Shown here: piece after piece, positions 9,853 through 19,553 of the stretch
Position numbering within the stretch: position 1 is the stretch's first letter
Layout of the letters: the number at the start of each line of letters is the position of its first letter
Program-made: the position numbers and the translations under genes
The notes under the pieces: model-generated
The model's database searches: none
What the model was told of the DNA's origin: nothing
Seen by the model: only the letters and a program-made list of their open reading frames with translations
From: Gammaproteobacteria bacterium
Lineage (GTDB): Bacteria; Pseudomonadota; Gammaproteobacteria; UBA4575
Length of the DNA: 64,000 bases
Reading direction: 5' to 3'
Assembly: GCA_045106935.1 (NCBI GenBank)
Contig: JBGCFN010000014.1
Span: 562-64,561 of the forward strand

Positions 9853-10932
9853 TTACTCGTATTGGCAAGTGATGCGTCCGGAGATTCCGCATAGTAGTTC
9901 GTAGCTAATAGTATTGGCAGCATTAGCGACATCTGTCACTGAAATATCATCGCCCCATAATTCGACAGCGTCACCTAAGTTAGCTTCTGTATGGCTAAGA
10001 TCTATTGTGAGCATATCCATGGATACGCGTCCGATAATGGGGGCGAGATTTCCATTGATGCTAACATTCACTGGGCTTGTTATTGCGCGTGGATAACCAT
10101 CGGCATAACCAATGGCAACGACACCAACGCGCATTTCGCGCGCGCAAGTATAAGTGCTTCCATAGCCAATGTGATCACCTTGTTTACATTGCTTGATAGA
10201 AATTAAAGGCGCGCGTAACGACATGACTGGTTTGAGTTCGCTGGTATCTGGTTGTGTCTTATCTGCTTGAAATGGTGAGATCCCATATAATGCCAAGCCT
10301 GAGCGTACCCATTCATAGAGAGAGTTTGAATAGGCGAGTGTCGCTGCAGAGTTGGCAACACTTCTTTCGCAGCCGGGAAAATTTTTGGTCACATTATCAA
10401 ACGCTTTTAATTGACGTTGGGTGGAATCATTATCTAATAAATCGGCATTAGCAAAATGCGTCATTAAGCGTATTTTTGAGATTGATTCAATTTGGTCAAG
10501 CTGCTGGTAAGCTTGGCGAGCATCTTCGGGGCGAAACCCTAATCTTCCCATGCCAGTATCTATTTTTAACCAGACCTGAATTGACTGATTCAGACGATGA
10601 TTTTGAAGTAACTTAATTTGCTGGTCGTTATGAATAACGGCTTGCACATTTGCATCAGCAATTAATTTTAATTCAGCTTCGTTAGCAAATCCTTGTAAGC
10701 AAATAATGGGGTGTAAAATTCTTGCAGCGCGTAATTCTAATGCTTCGTTGGCACAAGACACAGCAAATGCATCGCTCTGTGTGAGTGCTTGTGCAGTCTT
10801 AGCTAGACCATGCCCGTATGCATCTGCTTTCACGACAGAAATTATCTTCGAGTTTGGAGCAAATGTTCTTAGGATGTTTAGGTTGTGTTCGAGATGTTCT
10901 AGTCGGATGATGGCGTATGCCGAACGTCTCAT
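9853..10932 (-). CDS. alr: Alanine racemase
   Basis: The PLP-lysine motif VVKADAYGHG is present. Length 359 aa. A 4-bp ATGA overlap with the dnaB stop matches the conserved dnaB-alr arrangement. Confidence 0.9.
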   Translation of the reverse strand: MRRSAYAIIRLEHLEHNLNILRTFAPNSKIISVVKADAYGHGLAKTAQALTQSDAFAVSCANEALELRAARILHPIICLQGFANEAELKLIADANVQAVIHNDQQIKLLQNHRLNQSIQVWLKIDTGMGRLGFRPEDARQAYQQLDQIESISKIRLMTHFANADLLDNDSTQRQLKAFDNVTKNFPGCERSVANSAATLAYSNSLYEWVRSGLALYGISPFQADKTQPDTSELKPVMSLRAPLISIKQCKQGDHIGYGSTYTCAREMRVGVVAIGYADGYPRAITSPVNVSINGNLAPIIGRVSMDMLTIDLSHTEANLGDAVELWGDDISVTDVANAANTISYELLCGISGRITCQYE

Positions 10933-12335
10933 GAATATTTCTCGTTGCTATACATTTCAGGAACAAAATTTTCGAAACGTGTGTATTGGCCTAAGAATGT
11001 GAGTCTGGTTTTAAATATTGGACCATTACGTTGCTTTGCAACAATAATTTCAGCAGTGCCTTTATCTGGAGAGTCTTCATTGTAAACTTCGTCTCGATAG
11101 ATAAATGCTATTAAATCTGCATCTTGCTCAATCGCACCTGATTCACGCAAATCAGACATCACGGGTCGTTTGTCTGTGCGTTGCTCCAGACTACGATTTA
11201 GCTGCGATAAAGCGATCACGGGGACTTCTAATTCTTTAGCTAGAGCTTTTAATGAACGTGAAATTTCAGACACATCATTAGTGCGGTTTTCGCCGCTACC
11301 TGTGACTTGCATTAGTTGTAAATAATCAATCACAATTAACGATAAGCCATGTTCGCGTTTTAAACGCCGCGCGCGAGCACGAATTTCAGTGGGTGTTAAG
11401 GCGGCACTATCATCAATAAACAATTTAGACTCGGAAAGCATCGACACTGCGCTGGTAAGTCGCGGCCAATCTTCATCGGTTAATTTACCGGTGCGTATAT
11501 TTTGCTGATTGATGCGGCCAATAGAAGAAAGCATGCGCATAGTCAGTTGGTGGCTTGGCATCTCCATACTGAAAATGGCCACCGTTTCTTGTTTTTGGAT
11601 GACGGCATATTCAGCCATGTTCATGGCTAAGCTGGTTTTACCCATAGAAGGTCTTCCAGCCACAATAATTAAGTCGCCTTTTTGTAAGCCTGACGTGTTT
11701 TCATCGAACTGATCAAAGCCGGTAGCAGTACCTGTAATGGTTTCGCCACGTTCAAATAATTCGTCAATACGTTCTACGGTGGTTTTTAGTAATTCCTTCA
11801 TGCCCTGGAAGCCACCAATGCCTTTCGCGCCATGATCTCCAATTTCAAAAATTTTCTTTTCGGCGATATCTAGAAGCTCGTTACTATTCATCCCTTGAGG
11901 TTGATAGGCGCTGCCGGCTATATCGGTACCGGTTGTGGCTAGTTGGCGCAGAATTGATTTTTCACGAACGATATCGGCATAGGCGACAATATTTGCCGCG
12001 GTGGGTGTTTCTTTGGCAAGGGTCGCCATGTAGGCAGTGATATTCTGATTATTGACGCCAGATGCATCTTCAGAATCTTTGATTTTGTCAGCTAAGGTGA
12101 CGACGTCAAATGGTTGATTTTGATAGGCAAGATCAACGATTGCGCGAAAGATAATACGATGATCAAAAAGATGGAAGTCATTCTCGTTGAGCGTATCGGC
12201 AATCTGGTCCCATGTGCCATTTTCTAGCATTAAGCCTCCAAGGACCGCTTGTTCTGCTTCAAGCGAATATGGAGGCGTACGTAATGATTCTGCGTTAGGT
12301 GCAGAGTAGTCAGCGCTAGAAATTGTTTCTGCCAT
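10929..12335 (-). CDS. dnaB: Replicative DNA helicase DnaB
   Basis: The N-terminus ...PPYSLEAEQAVLGGLMLEN... is characteristic. Walker A GRPSMGKTS is present. Length 468 aa, with no intein. Confidence 0.93.
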   Translation of the reverse strand: MAETISSADYSAPNAESLRTPPYSLEAEQAVLGGLMLENGTWDQIADTLNENDFHLFDHRIIFRAIVDLAYQNQPFDVVTLADKIKDSEDASGVNNQNITAYMATLAKETPTAANIVAYADIVREKSILRQLATTGTDIAGSAYQPQGMNSNELLDIAEKKIFEIGDHGAKGIGGFQGMKELLKTTVERIDELFERGETITGTATGFDQFDENTSGLQKGDLIIVAGRPSMGKTSLAMNMAEYAVIQKQETVAIFSMEMPSHQLTMRMLSSIGRINQQNIRTGKLTDEDWPRLTSAVSMLSESKLFIDDSAALTPTEIRARARRLKREHGLSLIVIDYLQLMQVTGSGENRTNDVSEISRSLKALAKELEVPVIALSQLNRSLEQRTDKRPVMSDLRESGAIEQDADLIAFIYRDEVYNEDSPDKGTAEIIVAKQRNGPIFKTRLTFLGQYTRFENFVPEMYSNEKYS

Positions 12336-12359
12336 TAGAGGTATTAAAACCTTGTAGGA

Positions 12360-12809
12360 CTAGTCTTCGGCAACAATGTTGATGGTGACGGTAGCGTCCA
12401 CATCAGAATGTAAATGCAATTCAACTTGGTATTCACCAATATTGCGGAATGCCCCATCAGGCATACGAATTTCGCGTTTCTCAACTTCTAGGCCTTGCGC
12501 AGTTAATGCTTCTAATACATCAATGTTGCCGACCGAGCCAAATAGTTTTCCTTCACTGGCTTCTTTAGCGGCAATCGTAATGGTAGCGCCATCAATTTTG
12601 GCCTTACGTGCTTCTGCGGTTGCAAGTGTGCTGGCAGCTTCAGCTTCCAGTTCAGCGCGACGTGCTTCAAACTCAGCAATGTTCTCTGGTGTGGCAAATT
12701 TAGCCTTACCTTGAGGAATCAGGTAATTGCGAGCAAATCCAGACTTCACGCTAACTTTGTCGCCAAGTGCGCCTAGGTTTTCTACTTTTGATAATAAAAT
12801 AACTTCCAT
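12360..12809 (-). CDS. rplI: 50S ribosomal protein L9
   Basis: MEVILLSKVENLGALGDKVSVKSGFARNYLIPQGKA... is canonical L9. Length 149 aa. Confidence 0.95.
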   Translation of the reverse strand: MEVILLSKVENLGALGDKVSVKSGFARNYLIPQGKAKFATPENIAEFEARRAELEAEAASTLATAEARKAKIDGATITIAAKEASEGKLFGSVGNIDVLEALTAQGLEVEKREIRMPDGAFRNIGEYQVELHLHSDVDATVTINIVAED

Positions 12810-12843
12810 TGCTTTTCCTTCAAATATCGAAATGTTGATAAAA

Positions 12844-13740
12844 TTACTTAACGCGTTCGCGTATTTTGAAAAATGTTTCGAATATACCTAGCAGTATAAC
12901 GACGAGAATCGCCTGCGGAACAAAGATCACTAATATATAGGCAATTATTAACCATAGTTTGCCTTTTGTCATGGTTCCACAAGTGGTATGAATGACTGCC
13001 ATCCCTTGTAAAAAGAATAGAATTGACAGAATCCCGCATAGCTGTGCCGCATACGTCGATTGGGTCATTACCGCCCATAAGCCGACGAGTAAGGTTAATA
13101 TTGCCAGTACTTTGCCCAGGCGCATTTGCTCAAAATCTTGTTCAAATTGTGGGCTGTCGTCGACAATGCATTTGAGTTTGTAGCCAAATAGCAAGATGCT
13201 GCTATGCACGAGGACAACCGAAGCGATTAGCAGTCCTGTCATGAATTTTGCGGTTTGTGAAATTAATGCGGCACTATCGGTAGCATTGTATCCGCCTGAC
13301 TCTAGCATTGGCGCTAATATTGTACTTAATGATTGTTGCCAAAACTGGTGGCTGTCAGGGAACATAGCGCTCACAATAATGAATGCCAATGCGCCAAGTA
13401 AGGCGGCAGCTTGCAGGGATAACGACAAAGACCGCGTCGCGTAAAAAATCGCAGCGAGGATGAAACTAGGGAGTAACTGAGCTGCTGCAGTGGCAGCACC
13501 TAGCGGTGCGTGGCCAATGAATACAGAGCTAACTAGTGCTAGCGCAATAATACAGGCGAGAACGATTGAAACACTATTTTTGGGACCAGCATGTAATGTA
13601 ATTAATACGATGGCCGCACCACTGATGATAGCGCTGAGTGGAAAGATTAATGCAAATAGTAAGAAACCAAAGACGACAGTAAATGCGGGAAACTTTCCCG
13701 AGAGCGTAAAGCTGGCAAAGTTCTTCATCATGGCGAACAA
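12844..13740 (-). CDS. Polytopic inner-membrane protein inserted between rpsR and rplI (possibly DUF2232/YybS-like)
   Basis: 298 aa with about 8 predicted TM helices. It sits where Gram-positives carry yybS next to rplI. No catalytic motif recognised. Confidence 0.6.
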   Translation of the reverse strand: MFAMMKNFASFTLSGKFPAFTVVFGFLLFALIFPLSAIISGAAIVLITLHAGPKNSVSIVLACIIALALVSSVFIGHAPLGAATAAAQLLPSFILAAIFYATRSLSLSLQAAALLGALAFIIVSAMFPDSHQFWQQSLSTILAPMLESGGYNATDSAALISQTAKFMTGLLIASVVLVHSSILLFGYKLKCIVDDSPQFEQDFEQMRLGKVLAILTLLVGLWAVMTQSTYAAQLCGILSILFFLQGMAVIHTTCGTMTKGKLWLIIAYILVIFVPQAILVVILLGIFETFFKIRERVK

Positions 13741-13805
13741 CCTAAGGTTGTTTGAGCAGAGAATTCGGCGCCGTGAAACCTTTAAGTTTTTCGGCGCCGA
13801 ATTCT

Positions 13806-14030
13806 TTAGTGCTGGTCGCTATATGGTAGTAAAGCTAGAAAACGAGCGCGCTTAATAGCGGTCGTTAATTGGCGTTGATAGCGCGCTTTAGTACCAGTGA
13901 TTCGACTAGGAACGATTTTGCCTGTTTCAGTGACAAAATCTTTAAGTAGATCGATATCTTTATAGTCAATCTGCTTAATGCCTTCTTCAGTGAATCGGCA
14001 ATATCTTCTTCTACGGAAATACTTAGACAT
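13806..14030 (-). CDS. rpsR: 30S ribosomal protein S18
   Basis: [49 protein letters not shown] is canonical S18. Length 74 aa. Confidence 0.95.
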   Translation of the reverse strand: MSKYFRRRRYCRFTEEGIKQIDYKDIDLLKDFVTETGKIVPSRITGTKARYQRQLTTAIKRARFLALLPYSDQH

Positions 14031-14032
14031 GT

Positions 14033-14503
14033 TTATTCCTCCACTGCTGCTTCAGTCGCAGCTTCTTCGGTTGATGCTGGGGCAGACTCTGCTGCCGCGT
14101 CACTTGATTCGCTGGCCACTTCAGCAGGTTTTTCTTCAGTTCTTGGCGGGCGAGTTTCACGTGTATCGCGCTCGCGCTCTTTCTCAAGAGATTTCATCAT
14201 TGGTGAAGGTTCTGTGACGGCTTCTTTATTGTTCAAGACCATGTGTCGAAGCACTGCGTCATTAAAACGGAAGGCACTGACTAACTCATCAAGAATTTCT
14301 TGATTGGTCTCAATGTTCATCAAGACATAGTGAGCTTTGAGGATTTTATTGATTGGATAAGCGAGGATTCTACGTCCCCAATCTTCAAGACGATGAACTT
14401 TGCCATCGCCATTTTCAATCATGGTTTTGTAGCGATCGACCATGGCAGATACCTGGTCACTCTGGTCTGGATGGACCAAGAATACGATTTCGTAATGTCT
14501 CAT
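14033..14503 (-). CDS. rpsF: 30S ribosomal protein S6 with acidic C-terminal tail
   Basis: [18 protein letters not shown]...KAHYVLMN matches S6. The stop lies 3 nt upstream of the rpsR start, with no priB or ssb between them. Confidence 0.95.
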   Translation of the reverse strand: MRHYEIVFLVHPDQSDQVSAMVDRYKTMIENGDGKVHRLEDWGRRILAYPINKILKAHYVLMNIETNQEILDELVSAFRFNDAVLRHMVLNNKEAVTEPSPMMKSLEKERERDTRETRPPRTEEKPAEVASESSDAAAESAPASTEEAATEAAVEE

Positions 14504-14603
14504 TGTGGCTCCTTAAGGTCTGAGTCCTCCCGTGGACATAAACGGTGAGGAAAGGTAGCTGAAAAAATTAAGAAGCGAAGTGTACGTGAGCGGGCGAGAA
14601 CAT

Positions 14604-15347
14604 TCAATCAGTGCGTTGGCGAACCGCTTCATAGAGGAAAATGCCCGTCGCCACGGAGACATTTAAGCTCTCAACGCCCCCCAGCATAGGCAGAGAATAA
14701 AGCTGATCACACCGTTCTTGAGTCAAACGCCTTAATCCTTGTCCCTCAGCGCCCATGACTATCGCCGACGCTTGACTGAGATTGGATTGGTAGATTGTGT
14801 CAGATGCTTCACCAGCCGCTCCATAGACCCATACACCGGATTTTTTTATCGCATCAATAAACCTTGCTAAATTAGAGGTTTTAGTGATATTTAGACGTAA
14901 TGTTGCACCAGAGGCTATTTTGTGAACAATGGGCGATAGAGGGGCAGAATTACGTTGTGGTACGACCACTGCATCGACACCAGCCGCATCTGCCGTTCTT
15001 AAGCAGGCACCAAAATTATGTGGGTCGCTGACTTCGTCTAAAATTAATATAAGTGGCGGAGTAGAGGCCTCAGCAATTTGAGTCACTAAATCATGCTCAT
15101 CTATCAGTGGTGTCGGAGTACAGCTTGCGGCAATGCCTTGATGTTGTGTGCCCTCGCATAATTGATCGAGCTTGCTGCGTTGAACTTGCTGTATAGGTAT
15201 TCCCAGTTTGTTGGCGTGAGCAATGAGTTCTTCTATACGTTGGTTGCGTTTGTTTAGTTCCAACCAAATAGACTGTGCTCGTTGTGGTTGCCAGCGTAGT
15301 AATGAGGCGACCGTATGAATGCCGGGGAGTATTTCTTTCTTACTCAT
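14604..15347 (-). CDS. rlmB: 23S rRNA (guanosine-2'-O)-methyltransferase RlmB (SpoU/TrmH family)
   Basis: SpoU-class MTase motifs (LILDEVSDPHNFGACLRTADAAGV, LNVSVATGIFLYE). Position immediately downstream of rnr, as in E. coli. Confidence 0.88.
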   Translation of the reverse strand: MSKKEILPGIHTVASLLRWQPQRAQSIWLELNKRNQRIEELIAHANKLGIPIQQVQRSKLDQLCEGTQHQGIAASCTPTPLIDEHDLVTQIAEASTPPLILILDEVSDPHNFGACLRTADAAGVDAVVVPQRNSAPLSPIVHKIASGATLRLNITKTSNLARFIDAIKKSGVWVYGAAGEASDTIYQSNLSQASAIVMGAEGQGLRRLTQERCDQLYSLPMLGGVESLNVSVATGIFLYEAVRQRTD

Positions 15348-15354
15348 GCTCTTG

Positions 15355-17601
15355 TCATTTGCGCGAGGATGATTTTCGCTTAGGTTTTTTTGGGCGCTTG
15401 CGTTTATTAGGGTTTTTATTTTGTTCTAGTACAAAATCAATTTTACGTTCATCTATGTCAACGCGAGTAACAATGATGTCTACTGTGTCGCCAAGTCGGA
15501 ACGTGTTATGTGTAAGCTCACCTTCCAAGGTCATATTGCTTGGGTCAAATTGATAGTAATCATCAGAGAGTGTGCTGATATGGACTAAACCTTCAACGTA
15601 GACATCCAACAATTCAACAAATAAGCCAAAAGATGTGACACCAGTGATGGCGCCGGTAAATATTTTACCCACTTTGTCTTGCATGAATTCACACTTCAAA
15701 GTGGCTTCGGCATCACGTGTGGCATCATCGGCGCGGCGCTCAGTCATCGAGCAGTGTTCGCCTTGCAAGACCAAATCATTGTGACTGTACATGAAGGTAT
15801 CTGCTTTCTTCTTTGCGACTAGATGGCTAATTGCACGGTGAACAATTAAATCAGGGTAGCGCCGAATGGGTGATGTGAAATGTGCGTAGAAGGAATGGGC
15901 TAAACCAAAATGGCCTGCATTATCTGGACTGTAAACGGCTTGAGATAAAGAACGCAATAACATGGTTTCTATCCATCTGTCTTCCTCACGTTCGTTAACC
16001 TGTTTGATTAGGTTGGCATAATGAATTGGTTCAGGTTTTTCACCGCCAGGTAAGCTTAGTCCAAGCGATTTTAATAATTGGCGTAATTCTTTTAATTTGG
16101 TTTCTGTTGGGCCTTCATGAATACGATAGAGGCCAGGTATTTTGTTTTTGCTGAGATACTTCGCTGCGGCAACGTTGGCAGCAATCATACACTCTTCGAT
16201 AATACGGTGTGCATCATTTCTTTCATAAGGATAAATGCGAACAATCTTTTTATCAGGCCCAAATTCAATTTTGGTTTCTGTGGAATGAAAATCGATAGCG
16301 CCACGTTGCTCTCTATATTTAACCATTGCTAGGAATAGTCGATACAGATCATCCAGGTGAGTGCATATGTCACCAATTGATTTTCGTGCCTTTACTTTTT
16401 TATCGACCACTGCTGCAGCGACTTGGGTATAAGTCAAACGCGCATGGGATTTAATGACTGCTTTGTAAAATTGGTAGCTTTGCATTTCTCCAGTTGGTGA
16501 AATACTCATTTCGCACACAAGTGTTAGGCGGGGTATTTCTGGGTTTAAAGAGCAAAGGCCATTAGATAAGTTTTCCGGTAGCATAGGGATGACTTGGCCA
16601 GGAAAATAAACAGATGTGCCGCGCCATTGAGCTTCTTTGTCTAGTTCATTGCCTGGTTGAACATAAAATGAAACATCTGCGATGGCGACATATAACTTCC
16701 AGCCACTGTCGCGAGTCTCACAATACACGGCATCATCAAAATCTTTGGCATCTTCACCATCAATGGTGACAAAAGGCATTGTCCGAAAATCTTTTCTTTG
16801 TGGTGATTCATCAGCAATTGATTGTTCAGAAAACGATTCCGCTTCATCAATCACGTCTTGAGAAAATTCGCTTGGTAATGAATGCACGCGAATAGCAATA
16901 TCAATTTCCATGCCGGGTGCCATGTGTTCGCCTAATACTTCAAATACTTCGCCAATAGGCTGCTTTCTTTTGGTGGGTTGCTCAATGATTTTAGTGATAA
17001 CAATTTGGCCATGTGTGGCGCCATTTTTTTTGTCGGGAGCAATAAAAATGTCTTGGTGCAATCGTTTGTTATCTGGGATGACAAACCCCATGCCTTGTTC
17101 TTCATGGTAGCGGCCCACAATTTGTTCGTTAGCACGTTCAAGTACTTCAACTAAATGACCTTCTCTACGACCGTCTTTCTTTGTATGAGTGACTTGTACC
17201 ACCGCGCGATCTCCGTGTAATGCGGCGCGCATTTCACGTGGTGATAAAAATATATCTGATTCACTGTGTTCGTCTGGATTTAAAAAACCAAAGCCATCGG
17301 CATGTCCGATGATGCGTCCACGCACTAAGTCAGCTCGGCCGACAGGGAGATATGAGCCTTGACGATTACGAACTAATTGACCATCTCGCTCCATTGCGCG
17401 AAGGCGACGCTCCAATGATTCAAGATCACGCTCATTAGATAAGCCTAGAGATTTCTTAATTTTGGTGAAGGTGGCGGGGCCTTCATTTTTATCAATCAGT
17501 TCGAGAATGAATTCTCGACTGGCAATCGGGTGAGCATATTTTTTTGCTTCACGAGCGGCATGAGGATCATGGGATTTTTTTGTTTTCTTAGATTTTGCCA
17601 T
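15355..17601 (-). CDS. rnr: Ribonuclease R
   Basis: Length 748 aa. RNB catalytic region present (AIDFHSTE..., HFGLAHSFYAHFTSPIRRYPDLIVHR). S1 domain present, with a Lys-rich C-terminal tail. Confidence 0.93.
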   Translation of the reverse strand: MAKSKKTKKSHDPHAAREAKKYAHPIASREFILELIDKNEGPATFTKIKKSLGLSNERDLESLERRLRAMERDGQLVRNRQGSYLPVGRADLVRGRIIGHADGFGFLNPDEHSESDIFLSPREMRAALHGDRAVVQVTHTKKDGRREGHLVEVLERANEQIVGRYHEEQGMGFVIPDNKRLHQDIFIAPDKKNGATHGQIVITKIIEQPTKRKQPIGEVFEVLGEHMAPGMEIDIAIRVHSLPSEFSQDVIDEAESFSEQSIADESPQRKDFRTMPFVTIDGEDAKDFDDAVYCETRDSGWKLYVAIADVSFYVQPGNELDKEAQWRGTSVYFPGQVIPMLPENLSNGLCSLNPEIPRLTLVCEMSISPTGEMQSYQFYKAVIKSHARLTYTQVAAAVVDKKVKARKSIGDICTHLDDLYRLFLAMVKYREQRGAIDFHSTETKIEFGPDKKIVRIYPYERNDAHRIIEECMIAANVAAAKYLSKNKIPGLYRIHEGPTETKLKELRQLLKSLGLSLPGGEKPEPIHYANLIKQVNEREEDRWIETMLLRSLSQAVYSPDNAGHFGLAHSFYAHFTSPIRRYPDLIVHRAISHLVAKKKADTFMYSHNDLVLQGEHCSMTERRADDATRDAEATLKCEFMQDKVGKIFTGAITGVTSFGLFVELLDVYVEGLVHISTLSDDYYQFDPSNMTLEGELTHNTFRLGDTVDIIVTRVDIDERKIDFVLEQNKNPNKRKRPKKPKRKSSSRK

Positions 17602-17738
17602 GGGACAAGAATACTGTGAGTGTATATTTCTTAAACATTAAGGGGATACTACCGGGTTTAGATGCATAAACGTAGAATTAAATTAAAACTAAAGAAATAT
17701 GTTGCTGAAACTGTCTCTGCGAAAAATTTTCTCATTAG

Positions 17739-18239
17739 TCACGGGACTAATATAAATCGATTTCCTTCTTTTAGGTGTAATCGATTATTGATAAAAACTG
17801 CTCGATCTTTATCGGATTTAGACAGATTGCGGAATTTGGCCATTTCACTCGTGGGACTTGAGGGAGTTTCACTCGCATGAGGTTTATTTGGATTCTCGAT
17901 GCTTGATGGTTGTGTGTTTATGCGGCTGATGAATGCGTCTTTATATCCTGCTTGTTTTAATTGAGATAATAATTTTTCTGCGGCACTTTTGTGGGCAAAG
18001 TTGCCTACACTCACGCGTGATAATTCTCCATGATGCGAGATGTGTACGCTGCCATATTGTTCGACAGATTTAACTAGCTTGTCTGGAAGCTGTTTGTAAG
18101 CAGCAATTTGAACGCTATACGTATCTGCATATGGTTCTGCAGTGGCTATGCATGTTAGGAGGATGATGATTGTTATTAGTGAGGCAATAAATTTATTTTT
18201 CACATTAGTATCCGGGGTGATAAGAGGCTGAATAATCAA
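17739..18239 (-). CDS. SPOR domain-containing protein (septal peptidoglycan binding)
   Basis: N-terminal TM/signal, then the C-terminal SPOR signature YSVQIAAYKQ...AGYKDAFI. Confidence 0.7.
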   Translation of the reverse strand: MIIQPLITPDTNVKNKFIASLITIIILLTCIATAEPYADTYSVQIAAYKQLPDKLVKSVEQYGSVHISHHGELSRVSVGNFAHKSAAEKLLSQLKQAGYKDAFISRINTQPSSIENPNKPHASETPSSPTSEMAKFRNLSKSDKDRAVFINNRLHLKEGNRFILVP

Positions 18240-18435
18240 ATTTTTATATACATTGATTGTCTATTATTTGTGCAGATATATAATCTAAACATAGCTGTTA
18301 ATGATGTCTCTATGTGACTTGATTTGTATAAATAACGTGCGAATAGCTGTATTTTATAGATTACGTTAACAGAATCACATTGTGGTGATTTCAAATGAGT
18401 AATATCTAGTATGAAGAACCACTAAGTGCGAATAA

Positions 18436-18660
18436 GTGATGAAAATTAAAGCAGAGTTTAAAATTCGAAATAGCGAAAGTCGTAGAGGCGATGCGAAACA
18501 TATACGTTTCCCTATGAAAGCGAAAGGTGGAGAAGTCGTTTTACGAGAAAGGCGGACTAATCCAGATCGTCGGCATCCTGGGCTTGAAACGCACGAACTT
18601 AAAGTGTCTTCTGAAGAGTTTAAAGATTTGTTTGAAGAATATAATAAACACAGCAAATAA
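18436..18660 (+). CDS. Small basic hypothetical protein (74 aa) carrying an ERRxxxDRRxP motif
   Basis: A protein-like charged sequence, versus a low-complexity antisense ORF at 18375..18719. It shares ERR-x3-DRR-x-P with the N-terminus of the 9118..9600 protein. Confidence 0.4.
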   Translation: MMKIKAEFKIRNSESRRGDAKHIRFPMKAKGGEVVLRERRTNPDRRHPGLETHELKVSSEEFKDLFEEYNKHSK

Positions 18661-18664
18661 ATTG

Positions 18665-19468
18665 TTAATGCCTCTTGGCTGAAAAAGGAATTGTCAACAT
18701 CCCCAAGAGTCGATTCCATTGTCTCTCAACATACTGCTCGCCTAGACCAAGTTTAAATGCCTTATCAATTGAGCGCATTGTATAAGACTTAAAAAGTCTG
18801 TCCCAAAAAGAAAATATACTCGCATAATTTGAATCGGTTTCACTTTGAATATCAGAGTGATGTAAGCGATGCATGTGTGGTGTGACAATGGCTATGCGCA
18901 GTGCTTTATCTATTTTTTCATTTAATCGTATATTGCTGTGATGAAATAAAATAATAGGCAGCAAAACAACTTCGTATAGAAGTAAGTGGTCTATTTGTAT
19001 TCCTATGATTGGAATTATGCTAATTCGAATGAAATTAGAATAAATAATTTCTATTGGGTGAAATCGAAGCCCAGTACTCGCATCCATATCTTTATCTGTA
19101 TGGTGGACTTGATGAAATTTCCATAGAAAATTTATTTCATGATTAAGTCGATGCCAGATGTATTGCCATAAATCGATTAAAACAATCGCAAATAAGAAAG
19201 AATACATTGTTGGCAAGTTGACTTGATTAAGAACCCCATAATGATTAGTCCAGGTCCAATCACACACATGTTTGATTATAAAAACAAAGAACAAGGTAGA
19301 AATTAAAGTGTTAATCCCTGCGAGTGTTAAATTGCGCAACGAGTGTGGTAAGTGAAGTTGACGATTTTTGAAGTGAGGTGCGATATGCTCAATTGTAAAG
19401 AGAGCCAAATACACTACTGCTAGCATTAGGAGTTTTGTATTCTCTTCGGTGAAATATTCTTCAAGCAT
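18665..19468 (-). CDS. Sterol desaturase / fatty acid hydroxylase superfamily membrane protein
   Basis: His-box motifs HRLNH, HQVHH and HRLHH are spread over TM segments. Length 267 aa. Confidence 0.75.
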   Translation of the reverse strand: MLEEYFTEENTKLLMLAVVYLALFTIEHIAPHFKNRQLHLPHSLRNLTLAGINTLISTLFFVFIIKHVCDWTWTNHYGVLNQVNLPTMYSFLFAIVLIDLWQYIWHRLNHEINFLWKFHQVHHTDKDMDASTGLRFHPIEIIYSNFIRISIIPIIGIQIDHLLLYEVVLLPIILFHHSNIRLNEKIDKALRIAIVTPHMHRLHHSDIQSETDSNYASIFSFWDRLFKSYTMRSIDKAFKLGLGEQYVERQWNRLLGMLTIPFSAKRH

Positions 19469-19553
19469 CGGTTGTCTTTATGCGTTGGCGGTAGAGAGGT
19501 ATCGAGGATGTTGGTAATATGAGCTTATATGTTAGAGGATACAAGAGGTTAGT

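Noticed and set aside
4277-16332. Antisense or alternate-frame ORFs inside well-supported genes. Examples: 4277..4528, 7233..7664, 9914..10206, 12376..12714, 13490..13855 and 16117..16332.
   Set aside because: They are fully contained within genes that have strong family signatures and have biased reverse-frame composition, which is typical of shadow ORFs.
17662-17880. 72-aa plus-strand ORF overlapping the 3' end of the SPOR gene
   Set aside because: It overlaps a well-supported convergent gene and its sequence is Lys/Arg/Leu-rich noise.
18375-18719. 114-aa minus-strand ORF overlapping the 74-aa plus-strand ORF
   Set aside because: The Ser/Leu-rich composition reads like a reverse-frame artefact. 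The plus-strand ORF is more protein-like and carries the shared ERRxxxDRRxP motif.
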